Source: Methanomassiliicoccales archaeon
GTDB lineage: Archaea > Thermoplasmatota > Thermoplasmata > Methanomassiliicoccales > UBA472
NCBI GenBank assembly: GCA_028682915.1
Contig: JAJRAN010000135.1
Coordinates: 1-56,369, forward strand
Direction: 5' to 3'
Length of the DNA stretch: 56,369 bases
The position numbers and the translations under genes were made by a program. Each line of letters begins with the position of its first letter. Position 1 is the first letter of the stretch. The notes below the pieces were generated by a model. It saw only the letters and a list, made by a program, of their open reading frames with translations, was not told the DNA's origin and made no database searches. Of this stretch, positions 17,229 through 25,419 are shown one piece after another.

Positions 17229-17336
17229 GGGCTCATGGTCTAGCGGTCATGAGGTCGCCTGGAACTCCCAAACGGCCTGGCAAACAACGCCCTTACACGG
17301 CGTAGATCGCCGGTTCGAATCCGGCTGAGCCCACCA
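17229..17336 (+). tRNA. tRNA-Val (anticodon TAC) with a 32-nt non-canonical intron in the D-arm; CCA encoded
   Basis: Acceptor GGGCTCA/TGAGCCC; anticodon arm ACGCC-CTTACAC-GGCGT; T-arm GCCGG-TTCGAAT-CCGGC; discriminator A plus CCA. Removing ~17252..17283 restores the D-stem GTCT/TGAC. See findings for the BHB fold. Confidence 0.75.
17252..17283 (+). other. tRNA-Val intron (boundaries +/-1-2 nt)
   Basis: Central helix GTCA (17246..17249) pairs with TGGC (17278..17281). 3-nt bulges are TGA (17250..17252) and AAA (17282..17284). The inner helix is GGTCG/CGGCC. Confidence 0.6.
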
Positions 17337-17366
17337 CCTATCACCCTGAAAAAAAGGTCGTTGCAT

Positions 17367-18569
17367 ATGATCGATTTTCGTCCTTTCCAAGGCATGCTCC
17401 CGAAAGTCAGGGGCTCGGACCGCATCGAGGATAGGGTCTCCCCTCCCTACGATGTGATAGATGAGAAGCAGCTAGCGGCGCTCAAATCGAAACCGTTCAA
17501 CATTACGAGGATCACCCTTGGCGGCGAGGATGGCGATTATTCAAACGCCGCCGGGCTGCTAAACTCCTGGATTAGGTCAGAGAAGCTGAGAGAGGACGAT
17601 GCAGACGCGTTCTACATAATGCGACAGGAGTTCGCTCATGGCGGGCGACGCCACGTGAGGACCGGGATCATGGGCGCCCTCGGGCTCCAGACCTATGAGG
17701 CAGGCAACATCTCCCCTCACGAGGAGACCTTCCCGAAGATAAAGGAGGACAGGTTGAACCTCCTCCGGGCGACCGAAGCCCACCTCGAGTCGATCTTCTG
17801 CCTGTACGACCGCCTCGACCCGAAGGTACTGGAGGCGGTGGCCTCCCAGGCAACCATGCTCTTCGAGGTGACGGACGACCTGGGGACGAGGCATTGGTTC
17901 GGTAGGGTGTCAGACCCTGAACTGGTCAGTACGATCAGGTCGGAACTGGCGAAGAAGAAGCTGCTCATCGCGGACGGGCATCACCGCTATGAGACGGCAT
18001 TGCGATATTCCTCAGAGCATCCAGAGGATGCGAAGAAGGGATACGTCCTCGCAACCCTGGTGGCGGGAAACGACCCTGGGTTGATAGTACTACCGACCCA
18101 TCGTCTCTTCACGGGCATCCAGATAAACACCGAGGAGTTCCTCTTCCACGCCTCCAAGTTCTTCGCCATCTGGGAGGTCCAGACGATGGAAGAGCTGACG
18201 AAGCTGTTGTCGACGAACAGCCGGGTTTGCCTTGGGATATTGATGGCGGACGGTCGGAGGTTCGTGTTCGAGCTGGCATGGAGGCCGACGGACGACCCGT
18301 TATGGTCCGTGGATGCCTACGTGTGCGAAGAGCTGGTGCTCAAGAAGATATTGCAGAAGAAGGGAGAGGTCAATGTAAAATATGACCATGAGGCCCTCTC
18401 GATCGAGAAGAAGCTGGTCGCGGGCGAAGGTTGCCTGGCCGTGGTGCTGTCCTCACCGAAGTTAGAATCCATCTGGAAGGTCGCGAACGAGGGGGAGAAA
18501 ATGCCTAAGAAATCCACCTACTTCTACCCCAAGATATGGTCCGGCTTCGTCTCCTATCTCATGAGATAA
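17367..18569 (+). CDS. DUF1015 family protein
   Basis: ATG at 17367 (the track starts at TTG 17361). The N-terminus MIDFRPFQGMLP...RVSPPYDVIDEKQL and the later ADGHHRYETAL block are family signatures. Confidence 0.75.
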   Translation: MIDFRPFQGMLPKVRGSDRIEDRVSPPYDVIDEKQLAALKSKPFNITRITLGGEDGDYSNAAGLLNSWIRSEKLREDDADAFYIMRQEFAHGGRRHVRTGIMGALGLQTYEAGNISPHEETFPKIKEDRLNLLRATEAHLESIFCLYDRLDPKVLEAVASQATMLFEVTDDLGTRHWFGRVSDPELVSTIRSELAKKKLLIADGHHRYETALRYSSEHPEDAKKGYVLATLVAGNDPGLIVLPTHRLFTGIQINTEEFLFHASKFFAIWEVQTMEELTKLLSTNSRVCLGILMADGRRFVFELAWRPTDDPLWSVDAYVCEELVLKKILQKKGEVNVKYDHEALSIEKKLVAGEGCLAVVLSSPKLESIWKVANEGEKMPKKSTYFYPKIWSGFVSYLMR

Positions 18570-18573
18570 GGCC

Positions 18574-19470
18574 TCAAGGAATCTTGCAGGTATCGGTAAG
18601 GCCGACCATTTCCACGAACCTTGCTGGGCTCTTCTCGAAAGCTTCCAAACACTCCTTGGAATCGAAGTAGTACTTTTTCCCTTCATACTCCCAGGAGAAC
18701 TTGGCGGTTGCCGGGATGACCTCGGCCCCACAGACCGGATCCAACGTGGTCCTGCGTGCCTTGGAAACCATCACCCTCGCCCCCATCTCGAAGCAATGAA
18801 CGATCTCGTCGGCACCAACCTTCCTCAGGACCTCGAGGTTGCGCATGTCCTCCACCTCGGAGACGATGTAGATGTGGGGGTTGATGCGCTTGGCCGCGAT
18901 CACCACCATGATGTTGGTTGGGTCGTGCATGGTAAGCACTATGGCCCTGGCCTCGTCGATGTTGGCCCTTTGCAGCGTGTCCGGGTCAGTGGCATCGCCT
19001 GAAATGACCTGTGTTCCATTGTCCACCAGGTAGGCGACCCGGGCAGGGTCCTTATCCACCACCACGAACTTGTCCCCTTTCTCCTTTAACTGCTCGAAGA
19101 TTCGTTGCCCTACATTGCCATATCCGCACAGAATGATGTGATTCTTCATCCTAACCCTCCTCGATGGTAGGCCAAGCTCCTCCCTCAGATCCATGGATAT
19201 AACGTGGTTGAATATGCTTTGTAAAGATGTGATCAGGGCCGTGAACCCTAACACGACGACGAAGACCGCCAGGGCCTGGCTTGCCATCGTGGTAGGATAG
19301 AGGTCGCCATAGCCCACGGTGAAGATGGTGACGATGGTGAAGTAGAATGCTTCCCAGAGCGTATGAACGGTCGGCTCCAGAAGCAGGAAGCCGATGGTAC
19401 CGATGATTGGCACGGTTCCTATCAGGATCAAAGAAGCCAAGAACCATTTCTGCCTTCGGCGCAGCTTCAT
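18574..19470 (-). CDS. Potassium channel: 2-TM pore + RCK (TrkA-N) domain + C-terminal YHS/TRASH-like metal-binding domain
   Basis: 298 aa. Selectivity filter TVGYGD, Rossmann IILCGYGNVGQR, and C-terminal DPVCGAEVIPATAKFSWEYEGKKYYFDSKECLEAFEKSP (YHS-type). Confidence 0.8.
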   Translation of the reverse strand: MKLRRRQKWFLASLILIGTVPIIGTIGFLLLEPTVHTLWEAFYFTIVTIFTVGYGDLYPTTMASQALAVFVVVLGFTALITSLQSIFNHVISMDLREELGLPSRRVRMKNHIILCGYGNVGQRIFEQLKEKGDKFVVVDKDPARVAYLVDNGTQVISGDATDPDTLQRANIDEARAIVLTMHDPTNIMVVIAAKRINPHIYIVSEVEDMRNLEVLRKVGADEIVHCFEMGARVMVSKARRTTLDPVCGAEVIPATAKFSWEYEGKKYYFDSKECLEAFEKSPARFVEMVGLTDTCKIP

Positions 19471-19554
19471 TATTATCTCTCTTCGATGGAAGATAATGCC
19501 AAGGCGATTATTTCAACCTGAGTCCTTTTGTGGCGAAATTCTAAGAGAAGGGTG

Positions 19555-19653
19555 TGGAGCCACTGGAGGGAATCGAACCCTCGACCTACGCCTTACCAAG
19601 GCGTCGCTATTTAGAGACGCGCTATGCACGCGTTACCTCTAAGCCACAGTGGC
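19555..19653 (-). tRNA. tRNA-Thr (anticodon GGT) with a 24-nt non-canonical intron in the D-loop; CCA encoded
   Basis: Reverse complement: acceptor GCCACTG/CAGTGGC; anticodon arm ACGCC-TTGGTAA-GGCGT; T-arm GAGGG-TTCGATT-CCCTC; discriminator T plus CCA. 23-24 extra nt lie between D-loop AGAGGT and the D-stem 3' strand TAGC. Confidence 0.8.
19611..19634 (-). other. tRNA-Thr intron (boundaries +/-1 nt)
   Basis: Canonical hBHBh' fold. The D-stem GCTT/TAGC forms the outer helix. AGAG/CTCT is the 4-bp central helix. Bulges are GTA and AAA. The inner helix is ACGCG/CGCGT with loop TGCATAG. Confidence 0.7.
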
Positions 19654-19743
19654 GTCTGCCCCTCGAACTAGCTTTTCCTTGATAAAGGTTTCGCGGTGGC
19701 TTGGCCATAAGTATTTTCCCCGTCGGTCCATTTCCGTTGATTG

Positions 19744-21663
19744 ATGAAGAACGAGATGAGCGCTTTCGACGTGCTCCGCGTGGTCAAGGAGATGCAGGAG
19801 CTTGTCGGTGGTTATCTGGACAAGGTATTCCATTGGGAGCGCAGGAACGTCCTTCTTCGGGCGAACGTGCCTGGCCTAGGGAGGCGAGAGGTCCTGCTCA
19901 TCGATCAGAACTTCCTCTACGTCTCCAAGGACAGACCAGAGATGCCTGACATGCCCTCCCAGTTCGCGGTCCACCTGCGCAAGCTCTTGTCCAATGCCAG
20001 GATAACGGGGATAAGGCAGCATGAGTTCGACCGCGTGGCGATCATCGAACTGCAGAGGGACGAGGAGTATCAGATCGTGATCGAGCTCTTTGGGGAGGGC
20101 AACCTGTTGCTCGTCTCCAACGGCAAGATAGTGAATTGCCTGGTATCGAAGACCTGGAAGCACAGGGACGTCAGACCCGGCGCAACTTACGAATTCCCTC
20201 CTGCTCGCTTCAATCCCAGGGTTCAAGGCGAGGAGGCGTTCGGCAAGGCCGTCCATTCCTCGAAATCTGATGTCGTGCGGACATTGGCGACCTCCATAAA
20301 CCTCGGGGGTCAGTATGCGGAGGAGGTCTGCCTGCGAGCCAAGGTCGATAAGTCTCAGAAGGCCAGCTTGATCGATGATGACTCGCTGTCCAGACTGACC
20401 CAGGCGGCCTTGGCCATCCTGGAGGAGGCTTCGTCCGGCGACCGTTCCTGCGCTTACAAGGAGGCGAATGGGGAGGTTGTGGACGTCTCCCCCATCGAGC
20501 TGCTGCAATTCGCCAGCAAGGAGAGGGTTTGCTTCCCTTCCTTCTCCGAGGGGATGCAGTTCTATCTCGAACATAGGAGGGCGAGGGAGAAGGAGGCCAC
20601 CGTCAACCCGGAGGTGCAGCGCCTCTCGCGGCAGCTGTCCCAGATCAAGGAGGCGGAGCAGAAGTCCGAAGCCGAGGCCGACTCATTGGTCATGCAGGCG
20701 GAGGCGGTCTACGCCAATTACCCCCTGGTGAGCTCGTCGTTGTCCCGCATGAAGCAAATGGCGGATGGAAAGGATTGGGAGGAGCTCAAGGCCTTGGGAA
20801 AGGAGGACGCGAACCTGCACCACATAGACCCCAAGCGGAAGGTGGTGGGCATATCCTTGGGGGAGCTGGTGGTGGAGCTCGACTACACCAAAGGGTTGGA
20901 GGAGAATGCCAGCCTGATATACGCTCGAGCCAGGGAGGCCAAGGACAAGGCCGTCCGCTCTCGTGAGATGATAATTCAGACCGAAGGCAAGATCGCGGAG
21001 CTAGAGCGCAAGGACGCGCTCGAGGCCAAGAAGGCCAAGGTCGAGACCAAGCCCACCAAGCAGTTCTGGTTCGAGGCCTACAAGTGGTTCATCACCAGCG
21101 GCGGGCACTTGGTCCTAGCTGGCCGTGACGCCCGGACCAATGACCAGGTGGTGAAGAAGCACCTGACCTCGGTGGACCGCTATGCGCACGCCGACGTCCA
21201 TGGGGCCCCCAGCGTGGTCATAAAGGAGGGCTCCACCGCCACCGAGCAGGAGCTGGCCGAGGCCTGCGTCTTCGCCTTGGCGCACTCCAAGGCCTGGAAC
21301 GCCGGCATAAGGGAGGGGAGCGCCTATTGGGTGCTACCAGACCAGGTGTCGAAGACCCCGGACGCGGGGGAGTTCGTGCCCCGCGGGGCTTTCATCATCC
21401 GGGGTAAGCGCAATTACGTCCATCACATCCAATTGCAGCTGGCGATAGGCGAGATCGAGCACCAGGGAGCTAGGAAGATAATGTGCGGTCCGAAGGAAGC
21501 GGTCGTGCTGCTCTCCAAGAGGCATGTCATCATCGTTCCGGGGGAGGGGGACAGGAGCAAGACCTCCTCGACGCTGGCCAAGGAGATGAACGTGCCAGAG
21601 GAGGAGATCTCCCGCATCCTTCCCCCTGGAGACGTGGAGATCAGGGAGCGAGTTGGCCTTTAG
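19744..21663 (+). CDS. NFACT-family protein (Rqc2/RqcH/FbpA homologue; ribosome quality control)
   Basis: About 639 aa. NFACT-N block MSAFDVLRVVKEMQELVGGYLDKV, a central coiled coil, and the NFACT-R/DUF814 block FWFEAYKWFITSGGHLVLAGRDARTNDQVVKKHL...RYAHADVHGAPSVVIK. Confidence 0.85.
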   Translation: MKNEMSAFDVLRVVKEMQELVGGYLDKVFHWERRNVLLRANVPGLGRREVLLIDQNFLYVSKDRPEMPDMPSQFAVHLRKLLSNARITGIRQHEFDRVAIIELQRDEEYQIVIELFGEGNLLLVSNGKIVNCLVSKTWKHRDVRPGATYEFPPARFNPRVQGEEAFGKAVHSSKSDVVRTLATSINLGGQYAEEVCLRAKVDKSQKASLIDDDSLSRLTQAALAILEEASSGDRSCAYKEANGEVVDVSPIELLQFASKERVCFPSFSEGMQFYLEHRRAREKEATVNPEVQRLSRQLSQIKEAEQKSEAEADSLVMQAEAVYANYPLVSSSLSRMKQMADGKDWEELKALGKEDANLHHIDPKRKVVGISLGELVVELDYTKGLEENASLIYARAREAKDKAVRSREMIIQTEGKIAELERKDALEAKKAKVETKPTKQFWFEAYKWFITSGGHLVLAGRDARTNDQVVKKHLTSVDRYAHADVHGAPSVVIKEGSTATEQELAEACVFALAHSKAWNAGIREGSAYWVLPDQVSKTPDAGEFVPRGAFIIRGKRNYVHHIQLQLAIGEIEHQGARKIMCGPKEAVVLLSKRHVIIVPGEGDRSKTSSTLAKEMNVPEEEISRILPPGDVEIRERVGL

Positions 21664-21679
21664 GTATAGTGGAGGGGAG

Positions 21680-21753
21680 CGCCCGAGCCGGAATTCGAAT
21701 CCGGGTCTGCAGGTCCGCAGCCTGCTAGGATGTCCAAGCTACCCCACTCGGGC
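21680..21753 (-). tRNA. tRNA-Arg (anticodon GCG)
   Basis: Reverse complement GCCCGAG-TG-GGGT-AGCTTGGACA-TCCT-A-GCAGG-CTGCGGA-CCTGC-AGAC-CCGGA-TTCGAAT-TCCGG-CTCGGGC-G. 74 nt, no intron, no CCA. Confidence 0.85.
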
Positions 21754-21801
21754 AAAAGACGAAACACCCTCAAGACTCACCGGCTCTTATACTTAACCAC
21801 A

Positions 21802-22659
21802 TCAATAGGTCGTGCTCATGTCCAGCTTCCCTTTCTTCCTGGCCAAGCGGTCGGCGTAGCGGAAGATAGCTAGTGAGAGCACAAGGAAGAATGCGCTCGT
21901 CACGAGGAGCATGAGGAAGATGTCCCCGGTGGAGTAGGCTGCGAGGCCGCTGTCCCACTGCAGGTCCGCAGGGAGGACCGCCCTCCGGATCACCTCCAGC
22001 CAGTAGGTGATGGGGATGGCCAGCCCGATTACCTGGCCCCAGGTGGGCAGGAAGGTTATGGGGAAGGTCACGCCGCAGAAGAGGTAGAACATCCCGGCGA
22101 TGCCCTCGTTTATGCCCATGCTGTGCTTGGCGGTGAGCATGGACACGCCTGCCAGTGCGATCCCGATCATGCAGATGCAGAAGAGCCCTACCGCCATGGC
22201 TAGGAGCAAGAGGGGCCAGTTCACCTCGCCAAGACGTATAGGCAATCCCAGGAAGACGATCCCGAAGGCCAGGGTGATGATGGCGGCGGTGGTGGTGATG
22301 ACGATCTTGGGGACCGCCCTCCCCACTATGTAGAAGTAGAAGGATATGGGCGCGATGTAGACCTGCTTCAGCGTCTGGTAGTGCTCACGGTCCTCGTGGA
22401 TGACGAACACCACCCCGAACAGGACCTGGGCGACGTACATGTAGAATGTGTTGCCCACGAACATATAGCAGAATATCTCCGGCTGCTCCAGGACCGACCC
22501 CCAGATCACCAGATACATGAAGACCAGGATGAGCGTGGCAGAGATGGGCTTGACGACCGAGTATATGGCGAAGAGCCAAGGGCTGGTCCAGTTCGATTCC
22601 ATCTGCCATCCAAGCCAGGCGGCGTGCCTAAGGGTCCGGAGGTTTTCCCTCATTGCCAT
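21802..22659 (-). CDS. ABC-2 type transporter permease (second permease)
   Basis: Real start at MAMRENLRTLRHAAWLGW (22659, or 22653 giving an ATGA overlap with the upstream stop). 6 hydrophobic helices. The 98-codon N-terminal extension in the track overlaps the upstream permease and is rejected. Confidence 0.75.
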   Translation of the reverse strand: MAMRENLRTLRHAAWLGWQMESNWTSPWLFAIYSVVKPISATLILVFMYLVIWGSVLEQPEIFCYMFVGNTFYMYVAQVLFGVVFVIHEDREHYQTLKQVYIAPISFYFYIVGRAVPKIVITTTAAIITLAFGIVFLGLPIRLGEVNWPLLLLAMAVGLFCICMIGIALAGVSMLTAKHSMGINEGIAGMFYLFCGVTFPITFLPTWGQVIGLAIPITYWLEVIRRAVLPADLQWDSGLAAYSTGDIFLMLLVTSAFFLVLSLAIFRYADRLARKKGKLDMSTTY

Positions 22660-23465
22660 CTCAGCGTCAGCCTCCCTTCCCTCTTGCCCAGGTACTCCAT
22701 GTAATGCAAGGCGTAGCGCGCGGCCAGTATGAACCCTACCGCCAGGCCGACCAAGACCATCAGCTCGATTTGCCATGACAGGAAGGGCATGATCTGCGAC
22801 CCGTTGAACATCAGCTGTCTCATGGCATCGAGCCCCAGGGTGATGGGGATTATGCTCGCCCCCAGGGCGACCCAGAAGCCCAGCGCCTTGACCGGGAAGT
22901 AGAAGCCCGATACCAAGTAGATGGGCTCCTGCAGGATGTTGGACAGATGCCACGCCCCTCTACCGTACATCAGGTAGAGCGAGGAGAACATCATCCCCAT
23001 GCCATAGAGGGCGATCAAGGTGACCACGAACACGGCCAGGAGCGCCGCGGGATTGGTCACCTCCAGCTCCACATCGAAGAGGAGGAACCCCAGGATGAAG
23101 GTGGACAGGGCCCTCACGCCGGTGAGGAACATCCCTCCGACGGCCATCCCGGCCAGCACGGACATCCTGGACATGGGAGCGATGAGGTAGAGCTGCAGGT
23201 TGCCCGTCTCCTTCTCCCAATAGAATTGGGCGGCCATGCTCCAGAGGACGTTGACCCAGAACGCGGTCATGGCCCCGCCCAGAACGACGAAGCCGGTGTA
23301 GATCTCCGGCGCCCCCATGGCCCTATAGAAGAAAATGAAGGCGGCGATGCCCAGCAAGGGCAGGAAGATGTCGAAGAGGATCCAGCTCGGCTCCCGCTGC
23401 ACCCCGATGATCCGAGGATAGGCCCGGCCCCACATGGCGCGCCAGTTGAGCCGGAGGTCCATCAT
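22650..23465 (-). CDS. ABC-2 type transporter permease (first permease)
   Basis: 271 aa, 6 TM helices. 4-nt overlap with the ATPase gene (23462..23465). Confidence 0.8.
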   Translation of the reverse strand: MMDLRLNWRAMWGRAYPRIIGVQREPSWILFDIFLPLLGIAAFIFFYRAMGAPEIYTGFVVLGGAMTAFWVNVLWSMAAQFYWEKETGNLQLYLIAPMSRMSVLAGMAVGGMFLTGVRALSTFILGFLLFDVELEVTNPAALLAVFVVTLIALYGMGMMFSSLYLMYGRGAWHLSNILQEPIYLVSGFYFPVKALGFWVALGASIIPITLGLDAMRQLMFNGSQIMPFLSWQIELMVLVGLAVGFILAARYALHYMEYLGKREGRLTLRWQ

Positions 23466-24427
23466 TCGAGTCCCCTCCCCACCAGCTGGATGAACACGTC
23501 CTCCAGGGTGGGTTCGGTCTTGTCGAGCGAGATGACCTTGGCGCCCTTGCCGGTGATGAATGAGATTATGTCCGAGATGACCGCCTCGTCCTCTAGGACG
23601 AAGCGGACCTCCTCCTTCGACCCGTCGCCCTTGGCGTTGAAGCCCTTGACCCCGGGCATTGAGCTGATCTCACCGACGCAGGCGCAGGGGGAGGTGGTTA
23701 TGGTGAAGGTCGACTCCTTGGCCACCATCTTCTTCAGTCTGATGGGTGTGTCGCAGGCCAGTATCCTGCCATGGTCGATTATGGCCAGCCGGTCGCAGAG
23801 CTGCTCCGCCTCCTGCATGTAATGGGTGGTCAGCAGGACGGTCTTTCCCCCATCGTCCTTGACCCATTTGCGGATGTAGTTGCGGATGTTCATGGAGGCG
23901 TTGACGTCCAAGCCCAGCGTCGGCTCGTCCAGGAAGATCAGGTCCGGGTCGGTGACGAAGCCGCGTATCACGTTCATCTTCTGCCTCTGGCCCGTGGAGA
24001 TGGTGCGCACCTTGGAGTTGGCCTTGTCGGAGATGCCGAACAGCTCCAGCATCCCGTCGATGGTCTTCTTGGCCTCCTCGCTGGGTATGCCGTAGAACTG
24101 GGAGAACATCCACAGGTTCTCCCTGACGGTGAGGAGCCCGTAGCCGGAGGTCTCGCCCCCTGAGACCATGTTGATGCGCGGCCGAATGGACTGGGCCTCC
24201 TTCTCCACGTCGTGCCCGAGGACCTTGACCGTGCCGGAGCTGGGCAGGAGGAGGGTGGCTAGTATTTTGATCAGGGTGGTCTTGCCCGCCCCGTTCGGCC
24301 CCAGGAGGCCGAATAGCTCTCCCTCCTCGACCTGCAGGTTGACGTGGTCTAGGGCCACCAGGGGCTTCTTCCCCTTGGCGCCCCCGAAGTTCCTGACCAG
24401 TTGATAGGACTCGATGGCGTAGGGCAT
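23462..24427 (-). CDS. ABC transporter ATP-binding protein (DrrA/ABC-2 exporter type)
   Basis: 321 aa. Walker A GPNGAGKTT, signature STGQRQK, Walker B LIFLDEPTLGLD, H-loop TTHYM. Confidence 0.9.
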   Translation of the reverse strand: MPYAIESYQLVRNFGGAKGKKPLVALDHVNLQVEEGELFGLLGPNGAGKTTLIKILATLLLPSSGTVKVLGHDVEKEAQSIRPRINMVSGGETSGYGLLTVRENLWMFSQFYGIPSEEAKKTIDGMLELFGISDKANSKVRTISTGQRQKMNVIRGFVTDPDLIFLDEPTLGLDVNASMNIRNYIRKWVKDDGGKTVLLTTHYMQEAEQLCDRLAIIDHGRILACDTPIRLKKMVAKESTFTITTSPCACVGEISSMPGVKGFNAKGDGSKEEVRFVLEDEAVISDIISFITGKGAKVISLDKTEPTLEDVFIQLVGRGLE

Positions 24428-24469
24428 GGGCTAGGTCGTATCAGAAGATGTCCAGAAAAGAGTATCGGC

Positions 24470-24661
24470 CTACGCCTTGTTATGCTGGTGGTAGCGGGTG
24501 GCGTATCCAGCGATGCGGTTGCGCATGGTGATGGACTGCACGTTGGTGAGCTTGTCCACCAGCTGCTTGTTGGCCTCAAAGTCGTCAGTGAAGAGCCGGG
24601 GGTACTTCTCGACGAGCTCGATGGCGACTCTCTTGATGTAAGTGGGCCTGATCCTTCCCAT
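24470..24661 (-). CDS. rps17e: 30S ribosomal protein S17e
   Basis: [35 protein letters not shown] is the conserved S17e N-terminus. The track ORF has a 3-codon extension. Confidence 0.85.
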   Translation of the reverse strand: MGRIRPTYIKRVAIELVEKYPRLFTDDFEANKQLVDKLTNVQSITMRNRIAGYATRYHQHNKA

Positions 24662-24697
24662 GGTATCCACCAGGTAAGTCCGGGTTAAGGTCTAGGC

Positions 24698-25378
24698 CTA
24701 TTTAAGGCTTTTCAGCTCTTGCCGTCGGGACTTGCCGCAGGTCATCTTGCCCTCTGGACAAGGCCCGCGGACGCAGCCAGGGCCGGCTCCGGAGAAGATG
24801 CTTGGGGACACGCGCTTCACCTGTCGCAGCATCTCGTCGGCGACCTCCCTCAGCTCCCACTGAGCCCGCCGGCAGCATCTCAGGCAGAAGAAATGCCAGA
24901 GCTCGCGGGCATTCATGGTGACGGTGATATTGGTGGTGCAGGCGTTGGGGAGGACGTAGCGGGCGTCCTCCGCTGGCACCTTTTCCGATAGCTTTCGGTA
25001 GCATTCCCAGGCCTTCGCCATCATCTCGTCGAACTCGGACTTGAGCTCATCGTCCTCCGCTATGGAGGGAGGAGTGACGAAGGCCGCCTCCTTCAAGGAT
25101 ACGTACCTCTGGCTCTGCTGGGAGAAGGAGGCGATGCGGTGGCGAACCAGCTGGTGGGTGAGCGCCCTGGAGACACCCTCGATGGAGAATGTATAGCTGG
25201 CATGCTCGATGACCGAGTGATGCCCCATACCCGTGATGTCGGATATGGCCTTCCCCGCCCTCTCCTCATCGATCTCCTCCAGCAGCTTGCTGGCACCCTT
25301 CTTGGAGTAGCAAGAGCGGGCAGCGGCTGCGCAGAGCCGTTCGGCGTCCTTGGTGTAGGATAGGAGCGTGACTTTCAT
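24698..25378 (-). CDS. thyX: FAD-dependent thymidylate synthase ThyX
   Basis: 226 aa. HHSVIEH and the ThyX motif RHRIASFSQQSQRY (RHRxxSxxxxSxR). Confidence 0.9.
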   Translation of the reverse strand: MKVTLLSYTKDAERLCAAAARSCYSKKGASKLLEEIDEERAGKAISDITGMGHHSVIEHASYTFSIEGVSRALTHQLVRHRIASFSQQSQRYVSLKEAAFVTPPSIAEDDELKSEFDEMMAKAWECYRKLSEKVPAEDARYVLPNACTTNITVTMNARELWHFFCLRCCRRAQWELREVADEMLRQVKRVSPSIFSGAGPGCVRGPCPEGKMTCGKSRRQELKSLK

Positions 25379-25419
25379 TCCAATTGGGGATGGGACGCCT
25401 GGGCATTAAGCTGTTCGCT

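Noticed and set aside
17229-17336. Alternative reading of this tRNA as tRNA-Ser(GGA) or another isoacceptor with a canonical 37/38 intron
   Set aside because: Using GTCGC-CTGGAAC as the anticodon arm leaves no complementary 3' stem strand (only 3 of 5 pairs) and no long variable arm. The other register, TCGCC-TGGAACT, violates U33. The ACGCC-CTTACAC-GGCGT arm is perfect and gives a complete Val tRNA after BHB-guided excision.
22947-23822. 291-aa plus-strand ORF
   Set aside because: It is antisense to the ABC-2 permease and ABC ATPase genes, with an H/E/G/P-rich sequence and no motifs.
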